Source: Patescibacteria group bacterium (lineage in GTDB: Bacteria; Patescibacteriota; Patescibacteriia; SBBC01; CAIJZX01). Taken from it: 64,000 nucleotides of DNA. The notes beneath the pieces are model-generated. The model did not search any database and was not told the origin of the DNA. It saw only the letters and a list, made by a program, of their open reading frames with translations. Each line of letters begins with the position of its first letter. The first letter of the stretch is position 1. This document shows positions 26,791 to 36,643 of this stretch, in pieces. The translations under genes and the position numbers were made by a program. Where the stretch lies: NCBI GenBank assembly GCA_038065275.1, contig JBBTRH010000013.1, positions 32,106 through 96,105 on the forward strand. The letters run 5' to 3'.

Positions 26791-28208
26791 AAAAGTTTCT
26801 CAATTTCGGTCAACATTACCGAAATATGACTCTCCGTATTTTGCATTTCTTTTAATAGCCCCTTAGGAGTTTTATGATCGGTCGCAATTCCAGCGACCGG
26901 ATTCTTACAATCCAAATTGTAATTCCGCTTCTGAATTTCTTTGATCGACACTTTCCACGCATGCTCATTCGTTTTCCGATTCTTCCACCATACCTTCACT
27001 GGTTCAAACTCTTCGCTTCGGATCGGCCGTCCTTTCGTGTATTGCTTCATGCCTTCTGGCAACGGCAATTCGTAGTACCAAATCTCTTTGGTCGGCGTGC
27101 CTTTTTGGAAAAACAGCAGATTCGTATTGACGCCAGCATACGGATTAAAGACGCCTTGCGGGAGACGAACGATCGTTTGGAGATTACATTTTTCGAGAAG
27201 CTCCCGTTTAATTGCCGTTTTCACGCCCTCGCCAAAGAGCGTTCCGTCGGGCAGGACAATCCCCGCTCGGCCGGTTGGCTTCAGTAAATTCATGAACAGC
27301 ACGAGGAAAAGGTCGGCGGTTTCTTTCGTCCGAAATTCGCGCGGGAAGTTCTGCTCGGTGCCATCCTTTACATATCCTCCAAACGGTGGATTTGCAAGGA
27401 TAATATCAACACGGTCTTTTGGACCATACTCGCGCAATGGCTTCGAGAGGGCATCGCCACGATGAATCTGGTCAGGCGCTTCAACGCCGCGCAGAATAAG
27501 GTTTGTCACCGCGAGCGTAAACGGGAGTTGCTTTAATTCGTTCCCATGCAGCGATTGTTGCAGACGCTGCTCTTCCTTGCGCGTTTTGACCTGGGTACGA
27601 ATATGTTCAAGAGCACTGACAAGGAATCCGCCAGTCCCACAGGCCGGATCGAGAACGATTTCACCGAGCTTCGGGTTAACCATCTCAACCACAAATTTTG
27701 TAAGCGCTCGTGGAGTATAGAATTCTCCGTAGTTTCCAGCGCTTTGCAGCTCCTTGAGGAGATGTTCGTAAATATCATTGAACTCGTGTCGGTCCCCTTG
27801 CTTATTAAAATCGACTTCGTTCAGTTTATTGACGACTTGCCGGATGAGCGTTCCGGACTTCATGTAATTATAAGAGTCAGCAAAAACCTCTTTGATCAGG
27901 AGACCACGCGTGTCGTCGGTTGCGACCTTTAGATCTTTTAATCCGGGAAAAAGTTGATTGGTAATAAAATTCAACAAGTCGTCACCAGTTATTCCTTCCG
28001 GATCTGCGGCCCAGTTTCGCCAGCGAAGTTTTTTTGGAATTGCTGAAACATACTTCGGATTAACGAGTTCAGCAAATGTTTCTTGATCATCAATAATTTT
28101 CAAGAACAACATCCAGACGAGTTGATTCAACCGCTGTGCGTCACCGTCGACGCCCTGGTCTTTCCACATAATGTCTTGTATCGCCTTGATAACGGCTTGA
28201 AGTGACAT
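26787..28208 (-). CDS. hsdM: Type I RM methyltransferase subunit
   Basis: GEFYTPR, DPACGTGGFL, ANPPFGG; QDIMWKDQGVDGDAQR N-terminus (EcoAI-like). Confidence 0.96.
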   Translation of the reverse strand: MSLQAVIKAIQDIMWKDQGVDGDAQRLNQLVWMLFLKIIDDQETFAELVNPKYVSAIPKKLRWRNWAADPEGITGDDLLNFITNQLFPGLKDLKVATDDTRGLLIKEVFADSYNYMKSGTLIRQVVNKLNEVDFNKQGDRHEFNDIYEHLLKELQSAGNYGEFYTPRALTKFVVEMVNPKLGEIVLDPACGTGGFLVSALEHIRTQVKTRKEEQRLQQSLHGNELKQLPFTLAVTNLILRGVEAPDQIHRGDALSKPLREYGPKDRVDIILANPPFGGYVKDGTEQNFPREFRTKETADLFLVLFMNLLKPTGRAGIVLPDGTLFGEGVKTAIKRELLEKCNLQTIVRLPQGVFNPYAGVNTNLLFFQKGTPTKEIWYYELPLPEGMKQYTKGRPIRSEEFEPVKVWWKNRKTNEHAWKVSIKEIQKRNYNLDCKNPVAGIATDHKTPKGLLKEMQNTESHISVMLTEIEKLL

Positions 28209-28211
28209 AGA

Positions 28212-30569
28212 TTAGGCGTAGAGTGTTTCTTGAATTTTGTTGATGACGACGAAGTATTGCTCTCGACCACCGAAGATATCATTCACGATTTGCACCGGCG
28301 TGCCGAATGATGTAAACGGCGACACCTCAAGGTCTTTAATATCATCAATCGCCGTGATGCCTTGATCTTCATATTTCTCGAGTAAGGCATCAATCACCTC
28401 GCGGGCTTTCCCTTCGTACTTCGCAAAGTAATCGAGCTTCTTCACATTATTCGCCCGTTCTTTCCGGGTCAGCGGCGTTTTTCCGTACGCAACGTGACAA
28501 ATGAGGTCAAACGGGTCCAGACCTTTGCCAACTTCAGCTGCGATGTCATCAAAGAACACACCCCGTTGTTCAAGTTCGGTGATGATCGCCTCTTTCTTGT
28601 CAGCTTTTGTCCAGGCAGTCAAAAACTCATCAAGCGATCGATATTCTTTGAGGATATTCTGTTTCGTGTAATCCTTCAGCGATTCCGTAATGAGCTTCCC
28701 ATCTTCACCAATATACTGAACGCGTTCGTTAATCACCTGAACCGGAACGTCGCGCACTACGTACTTTTTGACTGGCTCACCGCCAATCGGGGGCCATGGA
28801 CTAATAAGGGTACCTCCTGGTTCTTGCCCGGGTGTCCCTGTACCTCCGTTCTCCGGGGGTTCTACTGGCGGAACAATTGGATCTCCTCCTTTGGGCTCGT
28901 AAATAACAACTGGATCACCGTCAAAGTCAGGATCGGCAAACAGTTCCGTCACGCCCCGGAAGTCGAGAATCGTAAAGAATAGTTTTCCGTAATCTTCGCG
29001 CACACGGGTGCCGCGTCCGATGATCTGCTTGAATTCGGTCATGGATTGAATATTTGCATCCAGGACGATCAGCTTGCACGTCTGCGCATCGACGCCCGTG
29101 GTCATCAGTTTTGATGTCGTGGCAATCACCGGGTATGGACTTTCTGGATCGATAAAGTGGTCAAGTTCACCAGCCGATTCTGGGTTATCGCCCGTAATCC
29201 TGACGACGTAGCGATGATTTGCTCCAGCGAGTTCCGGGTTCGCGTTGACGAGCGCCTGTCGCATTCGTTCAGCGTGATCGATGTCGACGCAGAAGACAAT
29301 AACTTTCTGCATCGGATCGGTGGCCTGCATGTATTCGGTAATCTTCTCGGCCACCAGTTTCGTCCGCTCATCAATCACCAATTCTCGATCAAAATCTTTT
29401 CGGTTGTAGATACGATCTGGAATCTCATTCCCATGAACATCCGTCTTTCCTTGTTCTGGGCGGTAGCCCTCAACATCGCGATCAAACGTCACACGTATGA
29501 CTTTGTACGGCGCGAGAAATCCATCATCAATGCCCTGGCGGAGTGAATAGGTATAGATTGGTTCACCAAAATACGTTTGGGTCGAGATATCTTTCGTTTC
29601 TTTCGGCGTAGCTGTTAACCCAATCTGGGTCGCGCTTTGGTAGTAGTCTAAGACATCGTGCCACAAGGCATTTTCCCGTGCGCTGCCGCGATGGCACTCG
29701 TCGATAATGACGAGATCGAAGAAGTCAGGTGAAAACTGCTTGAACGTCTGTTTCTCTTCTTCAACTCCGGTCACGCTTTGATACAGCGCGAGATATATTT
29801 CGTAGGATTTATCTGCGTTGCGATTTTTGATCTTGTACATCTTATCGCCAAACGGCTTGAAGTCGTTCATGACCGCTTGGTCAGCTAAAATGTTCCTATC
29901 CACGAGAAAGAGGATGCGTTTGGCTGTTTTTGCTTTCCATAACCGCCAGATGATTTGAAATGCCGTATACGTTTTCCCCGTTCCGGTCGCCATAACCAAC
30001 AGCAAGCGTTTTTGCCCTTTCGTAATTGCTTCGATGGTTCGATTAATGGCGACGCGTTGAAAATATCGCGGCTCTTTTCCGTTCAGCTCCTGGAAGTAGT
30101 CTTGTTCAACGATCGATCGGGCGTCTGAAGTAATTTGATGGTTGGCAAGATACTGCTGATAGAGGTCTTCCGGACTTGGAAATGCATCTAAAGCGATTTC
30201 TTCTTCGTGCACTTTTCCCTTCGGAAGACGAACGTGGGTTAAGAATCCGCTTCCGTTCGAACTGTAGACGAAAGGAATATCAAGCACATCTGCGTAGCCG
30301 AGGGCTTGCTGCATTCCATCACCCACGCCGTAACTCGCATCTTTCGCTTCAATGATTGCCAATGGGAGATTATTTTTGTAGTAAAGAATGTAGTCCGCGC
30401 GCTTTTTTTCACCTCGTGTCACGGTTTTACCACGAACAATGATCCGGCCAGCGGTGAACGAAACCTCTTCCCGAATTTGGGTCTGCAAATCCCATCCAGC
30501 TTTTACCAAAGCAGGGGTTATATATTTCGTACAAATATCGCGTTCGGACAATGATTCTTTAGCCACCAT
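28212..30569 (-). CDS. hsdR: Type I restriction subunit (EcoAI/EcoEI-like)
   Basis: RADY..IEAK nuclease, MATGTGKT, DECHRGS, TATP, QIIGRGTR, C-terminal DPFDLICHVAY. Confidence 0.96.
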   Translation of the reverse strand: MVAKESLSERDICTKYITPALVKAGWDLQTQIREEVSFTAGRIIVRGKTVTRGEKKRADYILYYKNNLPLAIIEAKDASYGVGDGMQQALGYADVLDIPFVYSSNGSGFLTHVRLPKGKVHEEEIALDAFPSPEDLYQQYLANHQITSDARSIVEQDYFQELNGKEPRYFQRVAINRTIEAITKGQKRLLLVMATGTGKTYTAFQIIWRLWKAKTAKRILFLVDRNILADQAVMNDFKPFGDKMYKIKNRNADKSYEIYLALYQSVTGVEEEKQTFKQFSPDFFDLVIIDECHRGSARENALWHDVLDYYQSATQIGLTATPKETKDISTQTYFGEPIYTYSLRQGIDDGFLAPYKVIRVTFDRDVEGYRPEQGKTDVHGNEIPDRIYNRKDFDRELVIDERTKLVAEKITEYMQATDPMQKVIVFCVDIDHAERMRQALVNANPELAGANHRYVVRITGDNPESAGELDHFIDPESPYPVIATTSKLMTTGVDAQTCKLIVLDANIQSMTEFKQIIGRGTRVREDYGKLFFTILDFRGVTELFADPDFDGDPVVIYEPKGGDPIVPPVEPPENGGTGTPGQEPGGTLISPWPPIGGEPVKKYVVRDVPVQVINERVQYIGEDGKLITESLKDYTKQNILKEYRSLDEFLTAWTKADKKEAIITELEQRGVFFDDIAAEVGKGLDPFDLICHVAYGKTPLTRKERANNVKKLDYFAKYEGKAREVIDALLEKYEDQGITAIDDIKDLEVSPFTSFGTPVQIVNDIFGGREQYFVVINKIQETLYA

Positions 30570-30668
30570 AGCAACAATTTACTCCTTTTTCGCTAAGAAA
30601 TCAAGGAAAACAGATGTCGGAGTGAGCACGGTGACGTAAGCCACCGTGCTCAAAACCTTTCGGTTATC

Positions 30669-30959
30669 TCAACGACATTCGACGAGGCTAAGGAGGTTAT
30701 TTGTCTCCCGCCCATCCGAGACGGTACGAACGAATGGGTTCAGGTTTCGTGAGACTGCCGTTTGGACATACACCTTATGCCCGAAGGCATCTGTCACATA
30801 GGCAATCCCATGCTGGTCTTTGATCCAATTGTATAATTGGATCCGCGACCACTTTCCCTGAATCCCGGTATCGTCTTCAACCCACCCGAGAAACGAGATC
30901 GCCTCATGAGGGTTGTCATGGTAACCGTTATCCTTATTGATGCAGGTAATCCGGATCAT
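30669..30959 (-). CDS. DUF3892-like protein
   Basis: RITCINK..HEAI, terminal NNLLSLVEC. Confidence 0.8.
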   Translation of the reverse strand: MIRITCINKDNGYHDNPHEAISFLGWVEDDTGIQGKWSRIQLYNWIKDQHGIAYVTDAFGHKVYVQTAVSRNLNPFVRTVSDGRETNNLLSLVECR

Positions 30960-30971
30960 ACGATTCGAGGG

Positions 30972-31214
30972 TTAGTGTTTCGTGTCATGGGACGAGCGCG
31001 GGTCGTTACCGGGCGAGACTGTATCGCTATCCCGAATCGACCCCTTCGGGCTGTGAATACGGACTTCACCGCCACCGCTATTTGCTGACATCTCTTTGGC
31101 GGCTTTCTCGGCTTCTTTCTGAGTGTCAAAGTACCCGCTGACGCGACCAGCGCCCTCGCGCTTTGCACCCCATTTATCGATCTCTTTGTTCTTCGTGACG
31201 TGATAGTTGGCCAT
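30972..31214 (-). CDS. DUF2188-like protein
   Basis: YHV..W..KREGA.R.S..FDTQKEA..EVRIH..G.IRDSD..GNDP; true start at MANYHV. Confidence 0.85.
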   Translation of the reverse strand: MANYHVTKNKEIDKWGAKREGAGRVSGYFDTQKEAEKAAKEMSANSGGGEVRIHSPKGSIRDSDTVSPGNDPRSSHDTKH

Positions 31215-31492
31215 AGTATTGTATGACGTAGCTAATGATAAGATCCATGACGTTTGATTCGGAAGGATTGTTTCCCAAGCATGGGCGGAACCAACCAGGC
31301 TAGATTGTTTGTGATAACGGGCAAATAGATAAGCAAGTAAGAGTGTGGTATAATCCGAGTACCAAAAAGTCTGCCATCCTAGCGATTTTTTTGGCCTGAC
31401 AGGGGCGTTAACCCTGTTCGGATTTGAAGGAACATGGTCGTCTCGACCATGTTCCTTTGCTTCATAGTCGAGCGCCGTGACTTCTAGCAAAT

Positions 31493-31564
31493 AGGGTAGC
31501 AGGGTGGCTTGAAAATGTCAAAGAGCAATGTACAGTTGACAGTACATTATTATCATGGTAGGAT
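31493..31564. promoter_or_regulatory. Divergent sigma70 promoters with palindromic operator
   Basis: + strand TTGACA(31536)-17-TAGGAT-6-ATG; - strand TTGACA(31521)-17-TACCCT; AATGTAC-N8-GTACATT at 31527-31548. Confidence 0.7.
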
Positions 31565-31570
31565 ATCCAC

Positions 31571-31909
31571 ATGGACATATCCCCAACCATGATGCTTCAT
31601 AGGGGTATCGGGAGGAAAATTCGTGAACGCCGGAAGGAGCGCAACCTACGTCAAGCCGAACTAGCTGTAGCAATACACTGTTCGCGTGCAACCTTGGTCA
31701 ATGTTGAGAGTGGGCGACAACAGCCCACGTTGGATTTGCTTTACAAACTTTCATCTCAGTTGCATTGCTCATATATAGATTTACTACCCACTGAAGAAGA
31801 GATTGAAAAAATGAAGACCGAAGCGGGGTCTGCTATCATGACGCCCGAAAAGGAAAAAAGTATCATTTCTGATTTAAAGGCTAAAGCAAAGGAAAGGGAG
31901 GTGAATTGA
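31571..31909 (+). CDS. XRE-family HTH regulator
   Basis: IGRKIRERR..QAELA..SRATLVNVESGRQ. Confidence 0.92.
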   Translation: MDISPTMMLHRGIGRKIRERRKERNLRQAELAVAIHCSRATLVNVESGRQQPTLDLLYKLSSQLHCSYIDLLPTEEEIEKMKTEAGSAIMTPEKEKSIISDLKAKAKEREVN

Positions 31910-32424
31910 AAATGACAACACCAGTAATAAATATTGAGCAGGAAACGAAAAAAGTCCGGGTAGCCTGTGGAGCTACCACAATACCCGTTGACGTTAGAAA
32001 GATCATTGGGTCATTAGGTCTCAAGTTAATGTCAACTGACCTGAATGATTCACTATCAGGAGCTTTCTTAAGGAAAGAAAAAATTGTGGTTGTAAACAAG
32101 AATCACTCATTACTCCGAAAAAGATTTACCATTGCCCACGAAATTGGACACTACAAATTACACGAAACTGAGAATGACAAAGAATTTATTGATGGGATAT
32201 TTAAAAGAGAAAAAGGGGCAAACGCTAACACTCTAAAAGTTGAGATGGAAGCAAATCAATTTGCCGCCTCCCTCTTAATGCCAAGGGACGAAATTATTCA
32301 AGAGTTCCATAAGCAGGATCCAGTTACAGGCGATTACATTACTGATTTATCGGAGAAGTTCAAAGTGAGTCATGAATCTATGAACTACCGGTTAATCAAT
32401 TTAGGGCTTACAGTTCCGCAATAG
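31906..32424 (+). CDS. ImmA/IrrE family metallopeptidase
   Basis: RFTIAHEIGH, EMEANQFAASLLMP, FKVS. Confidence 0.93.
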   Translation: MKMTTPVINIEQETKKVRVACGATTIPVDVRKIIGSLGLKLMSTDLNDSLSGAFLRKEKIVVVNKNHSLLRKRFTIAHEIGHYKLHETENDKEFIDGIFKREKGANANTLKVEMEANQFAASLLMPRDEIIQEFHKQDPVTGDYITDLSEKFKVSHESMNYRLINLGLTVPQ

Positions 32425-32445
32425 ATTACGGATATTATAAAGATC

Positions 32446-32473
32446 AACAACCACCGACATCAGTCGGTGGTTG
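32446..32473. terminator. Hairpin after the irrE-like gene
   Basis: caaccaccgac-atca-gtcggtggttg. Confidence 0.5.
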
Positions 32474-32578
32474 CTTAGATAAGCAAAATGCCACTCTACC
32501 CAGGAACAGGATTCGAACCGACAAAAACATTGGCGTTACGAACGTACTTATGCGTTTTTTACGCAAAAAGCCCCACCG

Positions 32579-32650
32579 CTCCGGGGACAGGATTCGAACC
32601 TGTGACCAATCGCTTAACAGGCGACCGCTCTACCGCTGAGCTACCCCGGA
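32579..32650 (-). tRNA. tRNA-Asn(GTT), CCA not encoded
   Basis: TCCGGGG acceptor, D arm, GTCGC-CTGTTAA-GCGAT, GGTTCGAATCC. Confidence 0.95.
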
Positions 32651-32767
32651 GCATTGGGGCCTTGTTCAATATTTATCGATGTAAATTTTCTGATCCGGAG
32701 TGGGAGACGACTGGCCAAGCAACTAGGCAAACCGGATAGGGGTCGGTCTCCCAGCAACTTCGCCAGT

Positions 32768-32809
32768 TGGCTCCCAGGGTCGGATTCGGACCGACAACCA
32801 ATCGGTTAA
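32768..32809 (-). other. Orphan tRNA-Asn 3' half (att-like)
   Basis: ttaaccgattggttgtcggtccgaatccgaccctgggagcca; the acceptor strand pairs perfectly with TCCCAGG at 33023. Confidence 0.75.
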
Positions 32810-32849
32810 TCCCGCACCACAACGAACTGATCTATTGGACGGGCACTTG

Positions 32850-33023
<174 letters not shown>

Positions 33024-33127
33024 ATCAATAGCACTCAACTATCTAGAATGTTCAACGAACTGGCGCCGGACTCCTTGCCCCGGAATAAGCGGCGATAGTA
33101 TACCGGTCTCCGGGTGAGACGTCAACG

Positions 33128-34333
33128 CTAGTAATCCCTCAACTTCTTCATGTGTTGATGCTGTTGGATTTTCTCCAGCGCTTTCGATTCGATCTGACGG
33201 ATCCGTTCGCGCGTCACCCCGAACTCCTGGCCGACTTCTTCCAGCGTGTGCGCCACGCCGTCGTTTAAGCCAAAACGCATTTCCAGAATTTTCTGTTCGC
33301 GCGGACTGAGCGACTCAATGATTCGGCGCACGTCGTCCCGCAACAGCTGGAGAGCCGCGACTTTGTCCGGCGACACCGTCTTGACGTCCTCGATGAAGTC
33401 GCCGAGCGTCGAGTCCTCGTCGTCTTCGCCGACTGAGGTTTCCAGCGAGACGGTGTCCTGGGAAATTTTCATGACGTGGCGTATTTTGTCGATCGGCTCG
33501 CCCATTTCGGCGGCGATTTCTTCCGGCAGCGGCTCCCGGCCGAGGTCTTGAATCAACTGCCGCTGGATTTGCTGAAATTTATTGATCGTCTCGACCATGT
33601 GGACCGGGATGCGGATGGTCCGCGACTGGTCAGCCAGGGCGCGGGTGATGGCCTGGCGGATCCACCAGGTGGCGTAAGTCGAGAACTTGTAGCCCTTGCG
33701 ATAGTCGAATTTTTCCACCGCCCGAAACAGGCCGATATTCCCTTCTTGAATTAAGTCCAGCAACGACAGCGAGCGGCCGGTGAACTTCTTGGCGATCGAG
33801 ACCACCAAACGCAAGTTGGCTTCCACCAGGCGCTTCGAGGCTTCAACGTCGCCCGCTTCTTTCCGCTTGGCCAGCGACACCTCGTCTCCGGCCGTCAGCA
33901 ACGGCACCTTGCCGATTTCCCGCAGGTACATTTGGATCGAATCATTGGAGATGTCGCCCAGGTCGAAATGGCGCTCGTCGAGCGGCAAATGCTTCTTGGA
34001 ATGGCTGGACTCGAGGAAAGCCGGCTTGATCGGCTCGAGGATACCGCCAGCGCTTTCGACGATCTGGATGCTGTGTTTTTCGAACTCATCGAGGGCCGCT
34101 TCGTACTGGTCGATGTAGGCTTCCAGGTCGGGGAAGGCGTACAGCAGTTCCGTCTCCGTCAGGAACCCGCGCTGGCGGCCTTTGCGGACCAGCTCACGAA
34201 CCGTATCCAGCGGAACGACGGGGACGGCGGCGCGTTTACCGCGCTTGTCCGCTTTCAATGTTTTAGCGCGCCGAACCGGCGGACGTCTCTTTATCGGCGC
34301 TCGCTTGACGCGCTTGGTGGTTTTCTTAGGCAT
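33128..34333 (-). CDS. rpoD: Primary sigma factor RpoD/SigA
   Basis: [46 protein letters not shown]. Confidence 0.97.
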   Translation of the reverse strand: MPKKTTKRVKRAPIKRRPPVRRAKTLKADKRGKRAAVPVVPLDTVRELVRKGRQRGFLTETELLYAFPDLEAYIDQYEAALDEFEKHSIQIVESAGGILEPIKPAFLESSHSKKHLPLDERHFDLGDISNDSIQMYLREIGKVPLLTAGDEVSLAKRKEAGDVEASKRLVEANLRLVVSIAKKFTGRSLSLLDLIQEGNIGLFRAVEKFDYRKGYKFSTYATWWIRQAITRALADQSRTIRIPVHMVETINKFQQIQRQLIQDLGREPLPEEIAAEMGEPIDKIRHVMKISQDTVSLETSVGEDDEDSTLGDFIEDVKTVSPDKVAALQLLRDDVRRIIESLSPREQKILEMRFGLNDGVAHTLEEVGQEFGVTRERIRQIESKALEKIQQHQHMKKLRDY

Positions 34334-34435
34334 CCCGTTAGAAGTAAAATAAATCAGGTTGACTAGCTATTCGCCAGTTGGTTTCATCCACCGTCCCATT
34401 ATTGGTACACCCAAGTTCAATTACTTCTAACGGGA
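34333..34435. mobile_element. MITE-like element family A, copy A3, at the rpoD start codon
   Basis: tcccgttagaagtaa / ttacttctaacggga; GCAT on both sides, with the left T shared with the IR. Confidence 0.85.
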
Positions 34436-34617
34436 GCATGGAAAAAATTACGATTGAAATTAGTCAAATGGAGCCCCCCGCCTGCGTGCCGTAGCGACGG
34501 CACTCCGGCGCGCAGGCACGAGCAAGCCCGCGGCACCTCACTGACGCCCTGGTGGGGCGAACATCCCGCACCTCCGCCCGAAGCGGATGGTGCGCGGATG
34601 AAACTGACAAAGGAACG

Positions 34618-36459
34618 CTAGGCCAGCGACCGAAGTTGGTCGGTCACGGCCTGGACTCGGGCCAGCAAGTCGGTTAGTTGGCTGGCGTCGGCGCCGTCCA
34701 GTACCGGACGGTTCTGGGCGCCGCCTGATTGTTCCAGGCGGCGGATGTCGGCCTCGAGCCGACGGAGTTCGAGCGATAGAGCGCGCCGTTTCAGGGCCGC
34801 TACCATCGTTAAAATATCGTGTTCGACGCTCGGCGTAATGCCCGTCGGGTACTCATGGTCCCCGCGGAGGGTTAGAAGCGTAAACAGCTCCTGTTGTTCC
34901 GGGTCGAGTGACGATGCTTGATCCGCCAGGGCCTGGCGGGTAGAAAAGTGTTTTTCACTATACCAGATGACCAGGGTCTTGTACAGGGTTTGCAGGTCGG
35001 GGCCGACGAGCATGTCCGGATCGAACTGCCCGGACAGTTGGTCAAGAAGCTTCGGCTCACGCAGGAGGAGCGCGATCAATCGCTCCGACACCGCCCGAAA
35101 TCGATCCGTCCGCCGGTCGGGGGATTCCGCCGATTCCTTGACTGCGCTCGATGTCGCGACCGGCGCCGCCTTCGGTTTCGCCGACATTGATTGGCGGAGG
35201 ACCGCGACATCAACCCGCACCAGGTCGGCCAGGTGCTGGAGATAATGGGCCTGTTCGACCTGATCGCCGAGCTGGGCGATGATCGGCAGGAGGAATTTCA
35301 CTGCGGCCTTCTTATCGTCGACTTTGTTCAGGTCGCGGCCGCTCGTCGCTTCCTGGACGTAATACTCCATCACCGGCTGAGCCGCAACAATCGCCTTCTG
35401 CCAGGCCGGCAAGTCATGGCGGATGAGCTCGTCCGGATCTTTCCCCTGGCTCAGCCGCACGATGCGAACGTCCATCTTGGCCAGTAAAGCTTGATCGACG
35501 CCGCGGAGCGCCGCCTGAGCCCCGGCCGCGTCCTGGTCGAATGCTAACACCAGGTTTTGTGTGAATCGTTTCAGGAGTTGCACCTGATCGGCGGTCAAGG
35601 CGGTGCCGGATGAGGCCACCGCGTTGTTCACGCCCGCTTGGTGCGACATCAGGCAGTCCATCTGTCCTTCCACCAGCACCGCCCGGCCGGCGCGCTTGAT
35701 GTCCTGTTTCGCTTTGTCGAGCGCGTAGAGCACCCGACCTTTGTCGTAGACGATGGTTTGCGGCGAATTGATGTACTTGGCCGGGACCGGTCCTTGAGGA
35801 TCGATCAGCACCTCGAGCACCCGGCCGCTGAAACCGACCACCGTTCCGTGGACATCGCTGATCGGGAACATGATCCGGTTGCGGAAGCGGTCGTAGAAGC
35901 CGGCGCCGCGGTCTTTACGGATCGTTAACCCGGCTTGGAAAATATCATCGTCGGCAAATCCTTTTTTCTTAAGCGCTTGGTAAGTAATGTCCCATCCGGA
36001 CGGCGCGTAACCGACTCCGAAATCTTCAAGTGATGTTTCATTAACTTGCCGCTGGGCCAGATATTTTCGCGCCGGTTCAGCATCGGAAGTTTTTCGCAGT
36101 ACCTCTTGGTAGTACCGACTGACCCACCGCAGGACGTCAAGAACTTTCGTTCGCTGGGTTTGCTCCTCTTTGTTGTACTCGCGGAGCTGGACACCGGCGC
36201 GTTTGGCTAAGAGCCGCAGGGCTTCCGGAAAATCCAAACCTTCCTGCTCTTGGACAAAGGTGAAGATATCGCCGCCCTTCCCGCAACCGAAACAGTGCCA
36301 CGACCCCCGCTCCCGCGAGACCATGAACGACGGCGTCTTCTCGTTGTGGAACGGGCACTTGCCCTTCCAATTCGATCCGGCCGCTTTCAGCGGCACCGAC
36401 TCGCTGATGAAGTCAACGAGGTCGAGGCGCTGTTTGATATCCTCTACTGGAGTTGGCAT
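34618..36459 (-). CDS. dnaG: DNA primase
   Basis: CPFHNEKTPSF, CFGCG, DRFRNRIMFP, KYINSP, VEGQMD, FDQDAAG. Confidence 0.97.
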   Translation of the reverse strand: MPTPVEDIKQRLDLVDFISESVPLKAAGSNWKGKCPFHNEKTPSFMVSRERGSWHCFGCGKGGDIFTFVQEQEGLDFPEALRLLAKRAGVQLREYNKEEQTQRTKVLDVLRWVSRYYQEVLRKTSDAEPARKYLAQRQVNETSLEDFGVGYAPSGWDITYQALKKKGFADDDIFQAGLTIRKDRGAGFYDRFRNRIMFPISDVHGTVVGFSGRVLEVLIDPQGPVPAKYINSPQTIVYDKGRVLYALDKAKQDIKRAGRAVLVEGQMDCLMSHQAGVNNAVASSGTALTADQVQLLKRFTQNLVLAFDQDAAGAQAALRGVDQALLAKMDVRIVRLSQGKDPDELIRHDLPAWQKAIVAAQPVMEYYVQEATSGRDLNKVDDKKAAVKFLLPIIAQLGDQVEQAHYLQHLADLVRVDVAVLRQSMSAKPKAAPVATSSAVKESAESPDRRTDRFRAVSERLIALLLREPKLLDQLSGQFDPDMLVGPDLQTLYKTLVIWYSEKHFSTRQALADQASSLDPEQQELFTLLTLRGDHEYPTGITPSVEHDILTMVAALKRRALSLELRRLEADIRRLEQSGGAQNRPVLDGADASQLTDLLARVQAVTDQLRSLA

Positions 36460-36460
36460 G

Positions 36461-36538
36461 CCACATTAGAAACTACCTAAATGAGAAGCTATTTGCATAT
36501 GTATCGATTACCTTCGCCCCCATAGGTTTCTAACGGGG
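36461..36538. mobile_element. MITE-like element family A, copy A4, at the dnaG start codon
   Basis: ccacattagaaac (decayed) / gtttctaacgggg; CATG direct repeat. Confidence 0.8.
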
Positions 36539-36643
36539 CATGGTTCATTACGCTAAGCTGTAAACAGTATATCAATTTCTTTCATTATCCGCCCGCCTTA
36601 TCACACAGTATCACACCGCGGGTTTCGAAACCCGCGGTGTGGG

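Larger units (their letters stand above)
21117..32584. mobile_element. Degenerate defence island integrated at the tRNA-Asn 3' end
   Basis: AT-richer; RM and nuclease cargo; recombinase relic at the left end; 13-bp direct repeat cccaccgctccgg at 21117-21129 and 32572-32584 overlapping the tRNA 3' end. Confidence 0.65.

Noticed and set aside
31215-31490. Long N-terminal extensions in the ORF track (DUF2188, pepA, uvrA, UPF0182, 46781-47377)
   Set aside because: Family motifs and promoter spacing point to downstream starts
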